The notes beneath the pieces were generated by a model, which was not told where the DNA came from, ran no database searches, and worked only from the letters and a program-made list of their open reading frames with translations. DNA of 64,000 bases from Ginglymostoma cirratum (taxonomy: Eukaryota), in the NCBI GenBank assembly GCA_024137785.1, contig JAHRHZ010000085.1, forward strand, positions 3,451,770 through 3,515,769, written 5' to 3'. This document shows, one piece after another, positions 50,975 to 63,544 of this stretch (its first letter is position 1; each line of letters begins with the position of its first letter). The translations under genes and the position numbers were made by a program.

Positions 50975-51255
50975 AAGGGCTGCCTCAGTTTGGGGACCGG
51001 GTTCAATTCCACCTTCACGTGACTATCGGTGTGGTGTTTGCACATTCTCCCCATGTCTGCGTGATTTTCCTTTGGGTGCTCCGGTTTCCTCCTACAGTCT
51101 AAAGATGTGCACGGTCGGTGGATTGGTCATGCTACATTGCCCATACGTTTCAGGGATCTTTCGATTAGGGAGATGGGTCTGGGTATGATGCTCTGAGGGT
51201 CAGTGTGGTCTTGTTGGGACCGAAGGCCCTTTTCCACACTGTAGTGATTCTCAGA
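50975..51255 (+). mobile_element. V-SINE (HE1-like)
   Basis: GGTTCAATTCC B-box and V-domain. Confidence 0.85.
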
Positions 51256-51988
51256 TTCCATTCATGAGTCATTCCATCTCTTCCTACTATATCATATTAC
51301 AATGAGAGTGCAATGCTTAACAACGGGGGATCGAGGATCGTCTGCTCTGTCTGGGCGCAGTGCCACTCGACATTGAAATAAAATTTGAAAAAGAAACTGC
51401 CAATTATTAATTTAAACAAATTAACTGAGCATAATGAACCATCAAAATATCAGGCAGATTAGCAATTGGATCTCTTCAGCCTTCTGGATATTTAAGAATC
51501 AACATAGCCATTGTCATAATAACAGCAAGAGGACAAACCGCATGAAATGTACTCCCACAATGGAAGCAGAATGAACTATCAATTCATGCCAGAAAAGACA
51601 GTGAAACATAAACAAATTAAAGACAATTAACCAACAGAAACCTTGTGAACATTTGTCACGGTAAAGCCCATCATTTCAAGGTCAAAATGCAGTGACTGCA
51701 GAAAGGGAATGAAAATATCATACTACCAATCCAAGAGGAAATATAAATATCTGATGATATACAACCACAACAGAAAAATACTTGGTAATAATTTTAATGA
51801 TGAATAGGTCGAACTTCGTGCAGGTTTAAAGAGAGTATGGAGAACCTTACCAGTTGAAAATAACTGAATTGAGATTGTTAGTTGTAACGGTTGCATGAAT
51901 TTTCAACGTGAAATGAAATGGATCCAGGTGACATGACATGAAGCAAAGAAATTAACCTACAATTTTGCAAAATTACGACAGACTTACA

Positions 51989-52213
51989 TCAGGAAAACAA
52001 CAGCTTAAAATTGACAAGAAACATAAACATCTGTGTGATGCAATCTCGGCTTCTATCTTTTAAGCATATTTTCATTTGCCCAATTTTGCAGCTGCTTTTC
52101 ACTTCTGCATAGACTGGACTTTTTTCTTGGTGTCTGGGTTTGGATAATTTACTGCAACCATTGAATTTCAGAGCAAGGTAAGTCAGCCTGCTATCTGTCA
52201 TACTCTGTTTTGT
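51989..52213 (-). pseudogene. Copy C: terminal ITIM exon
   Basis: ttcag|TKQSMTDSRLTYLALKFNGCSKLSKPRHQEKSPVYAEVKSS... Homologue of 32420-32548 that reads further before stopping. Confidence 0.87.
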
Positions 52214-52356
52214 CTGAAAAATAACATTGAGACTGAATGACCATTCATTTAAACCATTCGAGATGAAAATAACACAAAGCAATTGTCAACATCGTCTCCA
52301 AATCAACTCATTATGGTGGATGAACTGATACTTTACACATATGATCTGCAATGTAC

Positions 52357-52467
52357 CCCTGCGTACCCTGTGATTTCTTACCGTTTTTTAGGCATTATGC
52401 CACCCTCAGAACCAACTGGATTCAGAGCAGCGTATGTCAGCTTATTCTCAGGCATCTCTTGTTTTCT
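52357..52467 (-). pseudogene. Copy C: ITIM exon with internal stop
   Basis: tctag|RKQEMPENKLTYAALNPVGSEGGIMPKKR*EITGYAG|gtaca, 111 nt as in copy B. TAA at 52378-52380. Confidence 0.87.
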
Positions 52468-53574
52468 CTAGAAAGTCAAGATTTAGCATTTATTAGTTTG
52501 TTTTGTTTTAGAGTCAAGCGACAAACGTATGTTCTTAACGTGAACAGTTAGTTTGATGTACTGACTGTACTAGCACTTCATTACAATCATAACACTTCAC
52601 AGTTTCTCACTTTGAACTGTTTCTTGCCAGGAACATCACACTTAATCAAAACAAGCAAACATTGTTTCAATATTATTGATATTATTGTAGTTTTAATTTA
52701 AAGTAACCAGGCAAATGCTGCAATTATGCAGAAGAAAAGTTGTACACGTGAGTTTAATTTAATTAGGTTTTCAAATTCTGATAGGTGACATTCTGTTTTA
52801 TTGCATTCTGCTACAAATTGAGAACGCAGTACAGTTTATGAAGTGAAACAAAAATAAACATGTCTGCATTTGTTTAATGACAATAAACAGTCACAGGTCA
52901 CATTGTTTCAAAGTAAAATTATAAGTGGCAATTACTTGAAATAAATTAGTAACACCTTTCATTCATATAAACCTGTACGATGTGGGTTTTGACTTAGTAT
53001 TCCCTCACGTTAAATTAGGTATATTCGTAAGTCATTTAGAGATGGGAAAGAACTGGCCTTATCACTGCTATTGGAAAATTACTTCTGGAATCACCCTGTT
53101 CCCTTATGAATAAAGGAAGGTAATTATTTCAATAGGCCGTCTAAATACTGCCATTGAAGTCTGAAGTGAAGGCCAAGGTGCAGCGCATTTTCAAAGAATT
53201 TTCAGGGTATTCTTGATGCCTGACAGCATTTTTAAAGCAAATTACTGATGTTTTAAGTTAGAAAACATGTCAACTATTTAGGGAGGAACAAGTTCAGGTT
53301 AGTAACAATAAAACAATGGAACAAATACAGTGCGCTTTGGTCTGAAAAGTAAACCATGATATTTCGTTGCTCTAACGTCCACTCTTTGGTCTTCTGTGAG
53401 GTATTTCTCAATCATACATAGTTTTACCTTCTCTTTTGATGTGATCCACTGTTCATGAAACAATAAAACACAGGCTAAGTGTTGCATCTGGACATCGGTG
53501 GATTTATCCTGTTATGTACAACAGTGCAGCTGCAATACTTCACAGAAAGACATGTAGGCATGCAGTAAGGACTG

Positions 53575-53700
53575 AGATAGTGGGAACTGCTGATGCTGGA
53601 GTTTGAGATAACACAGTGTGGGGCTGGAGGAACACAGCAGGCCAGGCAGCATCAGAAGAGCAGGAAAGCTGACGTTTCGGGTTGGGACACTTCTTCAGAA
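53575..53700 (-). ncRNA. PLE terminal repeat with minimal hammerhead-like motif (53671-53698)
   Basis: CTGAAGA agtgtcccaaccc GAAACGTC on the minus strand. Confidence 0.5.
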
Positions 53701-55601
53701 AGTCTTTGTCCTGATTTTCTCAGGACACCCAAGAATGAAATGGACCTTTTTTTGCACCTCCAGGACAGAAGTGAGTCTTTTTTGCGCCACAAACTATTTT
53801 AAATGGCTTGACAGCCTTGGTGACAGGACCAGCATTTGGTGCCAACAACTGCTTACTATTAATGCCCCAGTAGTGAACCAGCTTTCTTGACATTGGCAGT
53901 CCAGATAATTTAGTTACATTGTAGTCAGAGAGGGAGGTTGGGTAAAATTCTTTTTCGAGAACAAATTCAGATCCATGAGTGAAACTGAGACAAGAATGCT
54001 GTTGAATTGATTTAAAGATTTGAACTGTTTTAAAAATGCATTTAAAGGTATTTAATCTGCTGGTCTGCATTGTATTCAATCGCAGTCAATACCCACATGT
54101 GCAATTCAATTGCACGCTCTGAAATCGGCAATAAAGATTTACTTTTTTACACGTTTTAACAAACTGTTCTCAGCTATTCATGAATAAGTCCTACTTGCTC
54201 CTTTTCATGTGCCACAGATAGGGAGCTTCCTCTCACATTGAACTGATATTCACTTTTTGAAAATTATAAACGAGAGAAATTTTCCTCACAATAGCTCATC
54301 GATTTCCGTTTCAAGGTAGCGTAACGCTGTTGCATGTTGCACGAGCAGAGTGGCATCCAACAGTAAAAGTTGTCTCAGGAAGCCAACATGCGCAAGCTCA
54401 GAGAAAGCAAGAACTGCAGATGCTGGAGTCAGAGACAACACGGTGCCGGGTGGAAAGAACATAGCAGGCAACCAGCATCAGAGGAGCAGGAAAGTTGACC
54501 TGAAACATCAACTTTCCTGCTCCTCTATTGCTGCCGGCCGACTGTGTTCCTCCAACTTGTGCAAGCTGTCTACACAATATATTCTGTTCTTTAGTACAGG
54601 TGCTCAGGAGAAGTCACTCATAATCACTGAAGTCAGACTGATGGATGAGGTAAGTTTGAACAGCTGAAAAAGGAAGGAGAGAACACAAACCTCTCCTTGC
54701 AACTCGAAATCTACCATCCAAAATAGTCATCATCCCAACGTAATCAAAATTGATTATAATATCTGTAATCAATATGGCAAAATTATTCAGCACACTGCCA
54801 CTTGTTAATAACCAAAGAAAAGAAAAATCAAAACTTTTTGTCAGCTTCGAACCTATGATTGACATTTGAAAGTAGCAGCGTAAGTTAACTGACGTCGCTT
54901 ACATATTTAAACACATCTTTGCCTGTTTAAAATAGTTGCAACTGTTTGTGAAACTTCCTACAACTTTCTTTTTCCTTTATTTTGGTTTTATTCAGCTGAA
55001 ATTGTGCTTCTGAGAGCTGACGAAATCTTCAAGACTTATCTTGACATGTTGGGAATATACATTTCTGTTCCTAGTTTGAATTGTTCAACGAGACTTCAAA
55101 ATAAAAATAGATAGAATATAGGAAATTTGCCTCACAACATTTTCACGTTGAGTTGGATTTATTGATTTAATTCTTTCCCCATCCTGAGAAATAAAAATGA
55201 CAGATTTCGCAAAAAAAATCAGTCGATACTTGTATTCCTCAGCAAACCAAAGAAACCAAAAGCAAGTCAACTAGTATTTGGCAATTACAAACAGGGTACA
55301 GTAGGACCAATAGTTTTGCAATGTAGCTCTAAATGTTACACACAGTTACATTGAATTTATGTTTTGAAGGTTGAAGCTATGGAAACTTCTATCAGCAATG
55401 AATTTCACCATCACAATTTTGATCGACACCGATACAACTTTGCAAACTGAAAACTTCAAATCTTCTTATTTGATAATTTAATGAGAAGCAAGGCATCTTT
55501 TTGAAAGAGCTTTCTCTTAAAATAGTTGCTTAAATTATACAGTTCAGAGTTCAGTTCCCAATTATGTTAATTTCAGTGAGAGATTTCATTCCTGTTCATA
55601 C

Positions 55602-55715
55602 CTTTGATGATAAAGAATACAAGACCCTTTGCGATTATCACGGCCAACATTAGAATTGCAAGAACACCAGCAGCACAACCAGCAGGCAAGGTAACACTGA
55701 TTTTAGAGGCAAAAT
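55602..55715 (-). pseudogene. Copy C: transmembrane exon with mutated acceptor (AG to AA)
   Basis: ttacaa|FASKISVTLPAGCAAGVLAILMLAVIIAKGLVFFIIK|gtatga. Confidence 0.85.
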
Positions 55716-56274
55716 TTGTAATGTTAATGTACATTCAAATTTAGGAGTTTCAATATAAACTGAAGATACACAGGTTAAAATGTCAGGTGCACCATTCTCA
55801 ATTGCACTGCCTTACACATATGATAAACGTAGTACATAAAGCCTCAGCATTTCAATTTTGCTGTATCTTTGTTCAACTGATCTGTACACAATCAGAAACA
55901 AAATGTCTGGAATTTAGAGAAATAGGTAAACGATAAAAGTAACTCAATTAATGACAAAATTAAAATTAGTGAAAATAGAACTAATTGCAATCAGTGTTCA
56001 GTTCGAAAAGCTCTGACACAAAACATAAAATTATTTGGTGGGAGTTTAATTGGATTGCATAGTGATCAAAGTCAGAATAAAATACATAATGGAACCTGTT
56101 TTCAGATTTTCTTGAGTTACTTGTGGAGATAAACTTCAGTTTAAATAATTTTAATCTCTCTGCAACTACGGACAATTCAGCTCTGAATCAATGTTTAGCA
56201 TCAAAGCGAGTATGTGTCATTCTGATGAATGGGGAAAATCGGCTGAACCGTCTGGATGAGTGGAGCCATTTCAC

Positions 56275-57530
56275 ACAGTCATAGAGATTTCAACATGAAA
56301 ACAGGTCCTTCTGCCCAACTTGTCCATGCTGCCCGGTTGTCACAATTAAGCGAGTCCCACAAGCCTGTATTTCGTACATATCGCTCCATACCCATTCCAT
56401 CCACATACCTGTCCAAATGTTTCTTAAATGACAAAATTGTACTCGCCTCCATCATTAAATCTGACGGCTCATTCAAGATACCACCCTCATTGCTGTGTTA
56501 AATCAATTGCTCCTCTGGACTCTTTTGCATGTCTTCTGTCTCATCTTAATCCTATGCTCTCTAGTTTTAGACACCTAGACCATAGAACATAGAACAGAGA
56601 ACATAGAACATGACAGCGCAGTACAGGCCCTTCGGCCCTCGATGTTGCACCGACCTGGGAAATCAATCTGAAGCCCATCTAACCTACACTATTCCATTAT
56701 CATCCATATGTTTATCCAATGACTATTTGAATGCGCTCAAAGTTTGCGAGTCTACTACTGTTGCAGGCAGGACATTCCACGCCTTTAGCACTCTCTGAGT
56801 AAAGAACCTATCTCTGACATCTGTCCGATATCTATCACCCCTCAATTTAAAGCTATGTTCCCTCGTGCTAGCCATCATCATACGAGGAAAAAACTCTCAC
56901 TTCCACTCTATCTAATCCTCTGATCATTTTGTATGTCTCTATTAAGTCACCTCTTAACTTTCTTCTCTCTAACAAAAACAGCCTCAAGTCCCTCAGCCTT
57001 TCCTCATAAGACCTTCCCTCCATACCAGGCAACATCCTGGTAAGTCTCCTCTGCAGACTTTCCAATGCTTCCACATCCTTCCTAGAATGCGGCGACCAGA
57101 ACTGCACGTAATACTCCACGTGCGGCCTCACCAGAGTATTGTACAGCTGCAACATGACCTCTTGGCTCCGAAATTCAATCCCTCTACCAATAAAACCTAA
57201 CACATCGTACGCCTTCCTAACAACCCTATCAACCTGCCTGGAAACTTTCAGGGACCTATGCACATGGACACTGATCCATGGGGGAAAGCTGTTGGCTGTC
57301 TACTTATCTCTGCTTCTCATGAGCTTATAGACCCCTCTAAGGTCACCCAGAGCCCCTGTGCTCCAGTGAGCAAAAAGTCCCAGCCTATCAAACCTCTCCT
57401 TACTCCTCAAACATTGCAGTCCATGTCGCATCGTAGGAAATCCTTTTTGCACTTTTTCTAGTTAATAATATATTTCCTATAGTAGAATGACCAGAACTGC
57501 ATGAAATACTCCAATGCGGCCTGACCTTTC
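56275..57530 (-). mobile_element. Younger CR1 3' end (56576-57270) nested in an older CR1 3' end
   Basis: ORF 56868-57263 has LYNTLVRPHVEYYVQFWSP..RGDLIETYK. An (agaacat)n tail lies at 56580-56611. The host element resumes at 57271. Confidence 0.88.
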
Positions 57531-57845
57531 TCAAGAATGAACATTGACCACACAGCCCTTTGACAGTCGTCAGTGTATGAGCAAAATAATTGTATGACCT
57601 ATGTTGAAGACTGTAATCCAGTTGTGGTAAAGTTATTTGTGATAACTGCGTATCAGCTCCAAACAGCAGGAAGAAAGTAAACTTTAATCCGTACAATAGG
57701 GCCTAATTTTAACTTTGACACAATCACATGCAAATAATTGTCTTTTCATATAATCACTTGCAAACTGTCATAACCACTTTCTACATATTTGCCATAACCT
57801 GTTGATACGTGTGCATTTAATGTACCACATGTTATGAAATGTTAC

Positions 57846-58157
57846 TTTTATTCGTAACAGTAACAGTATAACTGACATTTGCTGGAAATGAGCTTGAAAC
57901 GTGATATACGTGACAGGTGTAAACTGTCCCGCTCTCAACTGCGTCTCGCAACTCCAAGGTGCTGATGACTTCATAAAGATTCTCAGTTTTTGCCTGTTGT
58001 TCATTCCCAATTCCTGTCAATATGTTTGCACCATTTTTGTGCCAAGTAAGGTTGAAGGCTTTTGGGTAAAAGTCAAACGTCCTGCATTGGAGTCGGAGAG
58101 AAGCAGAAAACAGTTCTTCAGATGGCACAGAGACAATTTTCAGAGGAGATGGTGGAG
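57846..58157 (-). CDS. Copy C: IgC1 exon, intact
   Basis: Flanked by ttcag| and |gtaaca, 312 nt, phase 1/1. PPSPLKIVSV..LQCRTFDFYPKAFNLTWHKNG..LYEVISTL..YTCHVYH. Confidence 0.92.
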
Positions 58158-58654
58158 CTGAATGGTAAATAACAGAGGAGATAAATCGACTTTACATCTA
58201 CTGCAAAAATATGTTTTTTAGGTGAACAAAACAATTCATTTCAGCACGACAGTCACATTAATTGTTGCTGTGAACAGCACATGAAACAGGTACGACGTTA
58301 TAACATTAAAAAAATCCCCTCAAATCCTTTCAATATACCACCTACATTTTCGAAAAAAGAGTTTCAAGAATTTGTTTCCACTTAATAATAGAAACATGAT
58401 TGAATTGTCATACTGCACCTGTCTTTTGCCAAAAGGATGAGGAATTGGACCTGGATCCGAGGAATTTAACAAAATCAATCGAAGTGATGGGACTGAGACT
58501 TTGCTTTTTCTCGTGATGAATTAAACACTTCAAAATGCAGAATGTTACACATAATTTCAAGTATATTCATCCTGTCACTCCATATTCAACGACAAAAAAA
58601 AAAAAATTCGAAGTATTGCTGTCAATTTCCCTCCAAAAGCCAAATGTATAAAAC

Positions 58655-59460
58655 TGAAGCATCCTCCGACCAAGTACAGCAAGAACTGGACAACATCCGG
58701 GTTTGGGCTGAAAAATTGACAGGAACATGTAGGCCACATAAATGCCAGGCAAACACCATCTCCGATCAGAAACAATCTTAACATCCACCCCTTAATATTC
58801 AGTGGCATCACCGTCAGTGAATTCCCCACTACCTACATTTGGGGGGTTACCATTGATAAGAAACAGAACTGGGCGAGCCAGATAAATAGAACCGTAGGTC
58901 AGAGGCTGGGAATACTGCAGAGAATAACTCGACTGCTGACTCCCCAAAGTCTGTTCACCACCTACAAGGCACAAGTCAGGAGTGTGTTGGAATGCTCTCC
59001 ATTTGCCTGCACGCCTGCAGGTCCAAAAGCATTCAAGAAGTTTGACACCATCCAGTAAAAAGCTGCTCACTCGATTGGCAACACATTCAGTCACTCCATC
59101 ACAGACACTCAGCAGCGATATTGTGTAACTTTAAGATGCATTACAGAAATTCACCAAAAGCCCCGAGACAACACCAGCCTAACCTGCAAACACTAACATC
59201 TAAAAGGGAAAGGGCAGCAAGTATATGGGAACACCACTCAGTGCAAGTTTCTCCCAAGCTGACTTGGAAACATATCACTTTTCCTTCATTGTCACTGGGA
59301 CAAAATCCTGTCATTTCCTCCTAATGGCATTGTGAATCTATTTACAGCCCATGGACTGCCGCGGTTCAAGAAGGCAGCTCACCGCCCACCTTGGCAAGGG
59401 TCACTAGGCAGAGGCAATAAATGCTGGCCAGCATGTGATGCCCAAATCCCACAAGTGATT
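58655..59460 (+). mobile_element. CR1-group LINE 3' end in the V-C1 intron of copy C
   Basis: QQELDNIRVWA..PHKCQA motif and gcaataaatgctggcc tail. Confidence 0.85.
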
Positions 59461-59651
59461 CATTTTTAATACAGTGTAGATCTCAAACTTTGAGGTGTTA
59501 CTGATTCATCCATATTCTTGAACACTTTTCATTTTAAGAAAAAGTGCAAATAATTTACACGAAATGTCTGGATCTGATAAATTGATTTGTTTACTGTTGT
59601 TGATTGTTCTTAAGCAGCTCGGACTCCGTGTTTATCTGCGGTGACACTGAC

Positions 59652-59960
59652 CATATACAGTAAGTTGCACAGCAGCTTTCACAACTGTTCAATGCTGATA
59701 TTTGACTGCATAGTGATATGTTCCAGCGTCGTGGACAGTCACATTTAGAATTTTAAGGTTGGCTTCTCCTCTAATTACACGGAAGAACTTTTTGTTATTC
59801 TCCCGCAGAAAGGTATTATTACCTTCTCTCCACCAGTGAGCAACAACATTTGAATAGTCGAACTCGAAGGAAAAAGGACATTGCATGAGAACTGATGAAC
59901 CTCTCTGCACGGTTTTTCGTGTCAGGTCCAGATTCACTTTGGCCGAAATGCTAACAGCAA
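59652..59960 (-). pseudogene. Copy C: IgV exon with second Cys lost and internal TGA
   Basis: gacag|VAVSISAKV..GSSVLMQCPF..HWWREG..LKILNVTVHDAGTYHYAVKYQH*TVVKAAVQLTVY|gtcagt. Confidence 0.9.
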
Positions 59961-60263
59961 CTGTCAACCAAGGAAACACACTGAGATTAAACAAGAAGGA
60001 CGGGCTTCAGCACACAAATTACACCATTATTCCAGGCTATTGATGCAACAGCAATTTACCACATTTTACTCTTCAACTAATTCTTCCATTTTTAAACTAT
60101 TGTACTAATTGTATGTTTTTTTTTTCTGACAGACCCAGTGGCACCTGAGTTTTGGGAATAACTGACTTGAAAAAAAAGTAACCATTAATTTATCAAATCT
60201 AGCTGTAAGTTCACATTGTGTCTTGCCTATTAACAGTGAATGCATAGCAAAATAAATGTGTAC

Positions 60264-60347
60264 TTGCACACGAGATGCACGGCAGACAGACAGACAGCCC
60301 GCAGTGAATGATGCACAGACATATCAGCGGGTAAAGTTTGAGATCAT
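60264..60347 (-). pseudogene. Copy C: leader exon, frameshifted
   Basis: Aligns with 17787-17868. One nt shorter between the two ATGs and 4 nt longer within a (gtct)n run. Confidence 0.6.
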
Positions 60348-61254
60348 CAGTTGTGACTGAGAACAGGACAGACAAATGCTTCTTAAAAGCTTATCTCTTT
60401 TCCAATTCAATCAGATACGTATTTGTGCGTTAATGAGCACATGACTAATTTCTGAGTGAAAAAAAATCATTCCTTTTCAAATAAGATCTGCTGGTTTTGT
60501 AACTGGAAACTGCCACAAAAATGATGACTTTAAAGAAGGTACACAATGTATTTTGGAGGTTAGTTTTGGGACTTGATTGAATGGGGTGACGATTTTTCCA
60601 TTGAAACAAGACGAGTGAGAGAGAGAATTTAGTTGGGATGCATAAAACTCAGATGGGCCGAGGCATAGCAGATGGGGAAAAGGTCAGTAACCTGCATATT
60701 GAGTTCAGTGATGTGGGGATATAGATTTAAAAGCATTGATAGAAAAGCTTAATGGGGAGATGATGAAACAGTTTATCCCAGAGTGTGGTAACCATCTGGA
60801 ACTCGTTTCCTGAACTGATATCAGAGACAGACAACTTTGACCCTTTCACAACTTGTTTTTGCTTAGATGTGCACTTGAAGTGCTGTAATCGACAAGGCTT
60901 CACACTAAATCCTCGATAGTGTGATTTGATTTGTTGGCTCCTTTTTTTGGCAGGCAGAGCCAAGTGCTTTTGGTCTTAAGTGCTGCTAACTCCTTAAAAT
61001 GAAATGTTGTGAAGAAGCCGGCAACTGTTATTTGAAGGACATGGAGATGAACTGCTACTACATCCTGGAATACATGCAGGATAGTGGAGCACAGTTATAA
61101 ACCTCACACTCCTATACCCTAAAGAACTGAGCAGCAATGTCAGATTAACCTATCGAAATCCCTTTACTTATTACTTTTTAAAGCTTCCACATAACAGCAT
61201 CATGTCTTTGACAGCATTTCATTCAGACAATCGAGGCAAATTGTTCTCAAGGAT

Positions 61255-61630
61255 AAGAGATAAAAAGGTACTGCAGATGCTGGAGAATCCGAGATAACAA
61301 GCATGGGGCTGGATGAACACAGCAGGTCAAGCAGCATCATAGGAGCAGGAAAACTTGACGTTTCGGGCCTAAACCCTTCATCAGAAATGGGGGAGGGGAA
61401 GAGGGTTCTGAAATAAATAGGGAGAGAGGGGGAGGCGGATAGAGGATGGATAGAGGAGAGGATAGGTGGAGAGGAGGCAGACAAGTCGAAGAGGCGGGGA
61501 TGGAGCCAGTAAAGGTGAGTGTAGGTAGGGGGGTAGGGAGGAGATAGGTCAGTCCAGGGAGGACGGACAGGTCAAGGGGGCGGGATGATGTTAGTAGATA
61601 GGAGATGGGGGTGTGGCTTGAGGTGAGAGG
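61255..61630 (-). mobile_element. PLE terminal repeat / 3' UTR with a well-preserved minimal hammerhead motif (61353-61388)
   Basis: Minus strand reads attt CTGATGA a gggt ttag gccc GAAACGTC aagt. Confidence 0.8.
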
Positions 61631-61989
61631 AAAATTGTTCTCAATGACTGTTTACTATGTAACCTCTTTCACCAGTGAGTGCAGTGAAGGCATTCGCAGT
61701 TTATTGAGAGCCAGGAAGACAAACGATTGGTGCAAGGAACATTATAGGTCTTATCAAATAACGTATATTAAAAACAAATTTAAAATTGAGAGGAATTGAT
61801 CTTCATGTTGGGTTAGTTATTTTGTTGTGTTTAAGTATATTTCTAATTCTGGTAATTGGTGACATTGTTTCTTTAAAATGGCGTATTTTACAGACATACA
61901 TACATACTGGTTATTGAATAATTTGTTTATCTCATTATTCTGGTGCTTCAGCAAACTTCTTTTCCAATGTTCCACCTTAGGTCTGTCGA

Positions 61990-63140
61990 GACATGCTCTC
62001 ATCATGAGGAAACTGCATCGAGAATTTTCTGTCTCGGGAATCCATTGGCTCTATGGGATTACAAGGGTCTTGTAACATATATATTGCTGTAAATCAGTGA
62101 TTATTTCAATCTGTTGTGATCCTTTTCTCACAGAGATGTTCAGATATAAAGTTATTCCTGTTCGCTGTGGGTATGGGATCCTTTGTTTTTGTCAGTAGTT
62201 GTCGTAGTATAGCTCTGGGTTTGTGTGTTACCGCAATTCCTGGTGGTTGGAGTAATCTGGTGGTCATCTCCGATACGTTCCTGATGTGTGGCAGGGTGAC
62301 TAGCGTATCAGGGCATGCTGTGTCTTCCTGTTGTTGCCTGTTGTGAAAGGACCGGCAGGCAGAAAGTGCTTTTTGGGTCGCTGTTGTTCGCTACGGACAC
62401 TGTGGAGGTGTTCTTCTTCGGCTTTGCACAGTTCTGGGTGCTGCAGTGTGTTGTGGCTCTTTTCAACAAAGTGTTGGTGCAGCTTTATTTGTGGGTGTTG
62501 GGGTTAATCATTTGGACCGTATGGGTATTTTTCTGTATTCACTGTTCTGGAGCTCACCGATGGCCCTTCGTTCGACCATTACGTCCAGGGATGGGACGCG
62601 GTTGTTCTTTTTCTCTTCCCCAGTGAATTTATGCCGGTGAGGATGTTATTGATGAGTTGATGGGTTTGCTCCAATTTTGTGCGTTTGATAAAGACAAGTC
62701 TGACATCCACAGAGTGGACCCATAATTTTGGATGGACAATGGGAAGAGCTGTCCGTTCTCGTCTTTGCATTCCTGCTTCAGCTGTAAGTCCCGATATTCG
62801 TGATATCATGGGTTTTCTGTTGATTTTTTTGTATACCTGGCCATTGAAGGCAAAGTGGGTCGTGAGGCATAAATCTAGCAGTTTGAGGGTGCTGTCCTTG
62901 CTGATGGTATTGGAGTTGTAGGGGGTCGGCATTACTGGGTCATGCAGTAACGAGGCTATTGTTTCCTTAACTAAGGGGATATCTATGGAAATAAACAGTG
63001 CTGTCACATCAATGCTTTATTGGAAGCGCACTGGTGTTACCTAGTATGATGATGAAACGTCTGCAAACCAACCTTCCAGCTCGGTGACCAAACCAACAAC
63101 CTCATCCACAATGTGAGCTATCAGTCTTCTCAAAACTTTT
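61990..63140 (-). mobile_element. Penelope-like element of a second family (RT and C-terminal remnants)
   Basis: DVTALFISI, LLDLCLTTHFAFNGQVY and PKLWVHSVD motifs. Confidence 0.85.
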
Positions 63141-63544
63141 ACTCTCAATTATACTGGAAATCTATGCAGTACCTGTATTCCAGTCTGTGGCCTGTGTCAG
63201 AAACATTTAATTTGCACAACTGGAGGAACCAATTTATTTGTTCAAAGCCCAGAAAATTCCCAATTTACCTCGTTGTGGTGGATGTTGATGTCACATCAGT
63301 CTGTCAGTCTTCTTGGTGAAAAGAATCACCAATTACTTATTTCTTGTTCAACCAGGAACAATTGGTGAAATCAATATTGTTCTAATTCTGGCCGAACAAT
63401 TGAACACCCCAAATCACCACAGACATTCCACTTTCCTGACCCAAAGAACCCGTGAGAGAGAGACTGATGCAGACAGCCTGAGGAGGTCTATTCACTTTGT
63501 TCCACATTTCCACAGCATCTGTGTCAAACTGCATAAAAACTGAA

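Noticed and set aside
59689-59691. Selenocysteine recoding of the shared TGA
   Set aside because: The aligned residue in copy B is Arg, no SECIS was identified, and the genes have other inactivating lesions.
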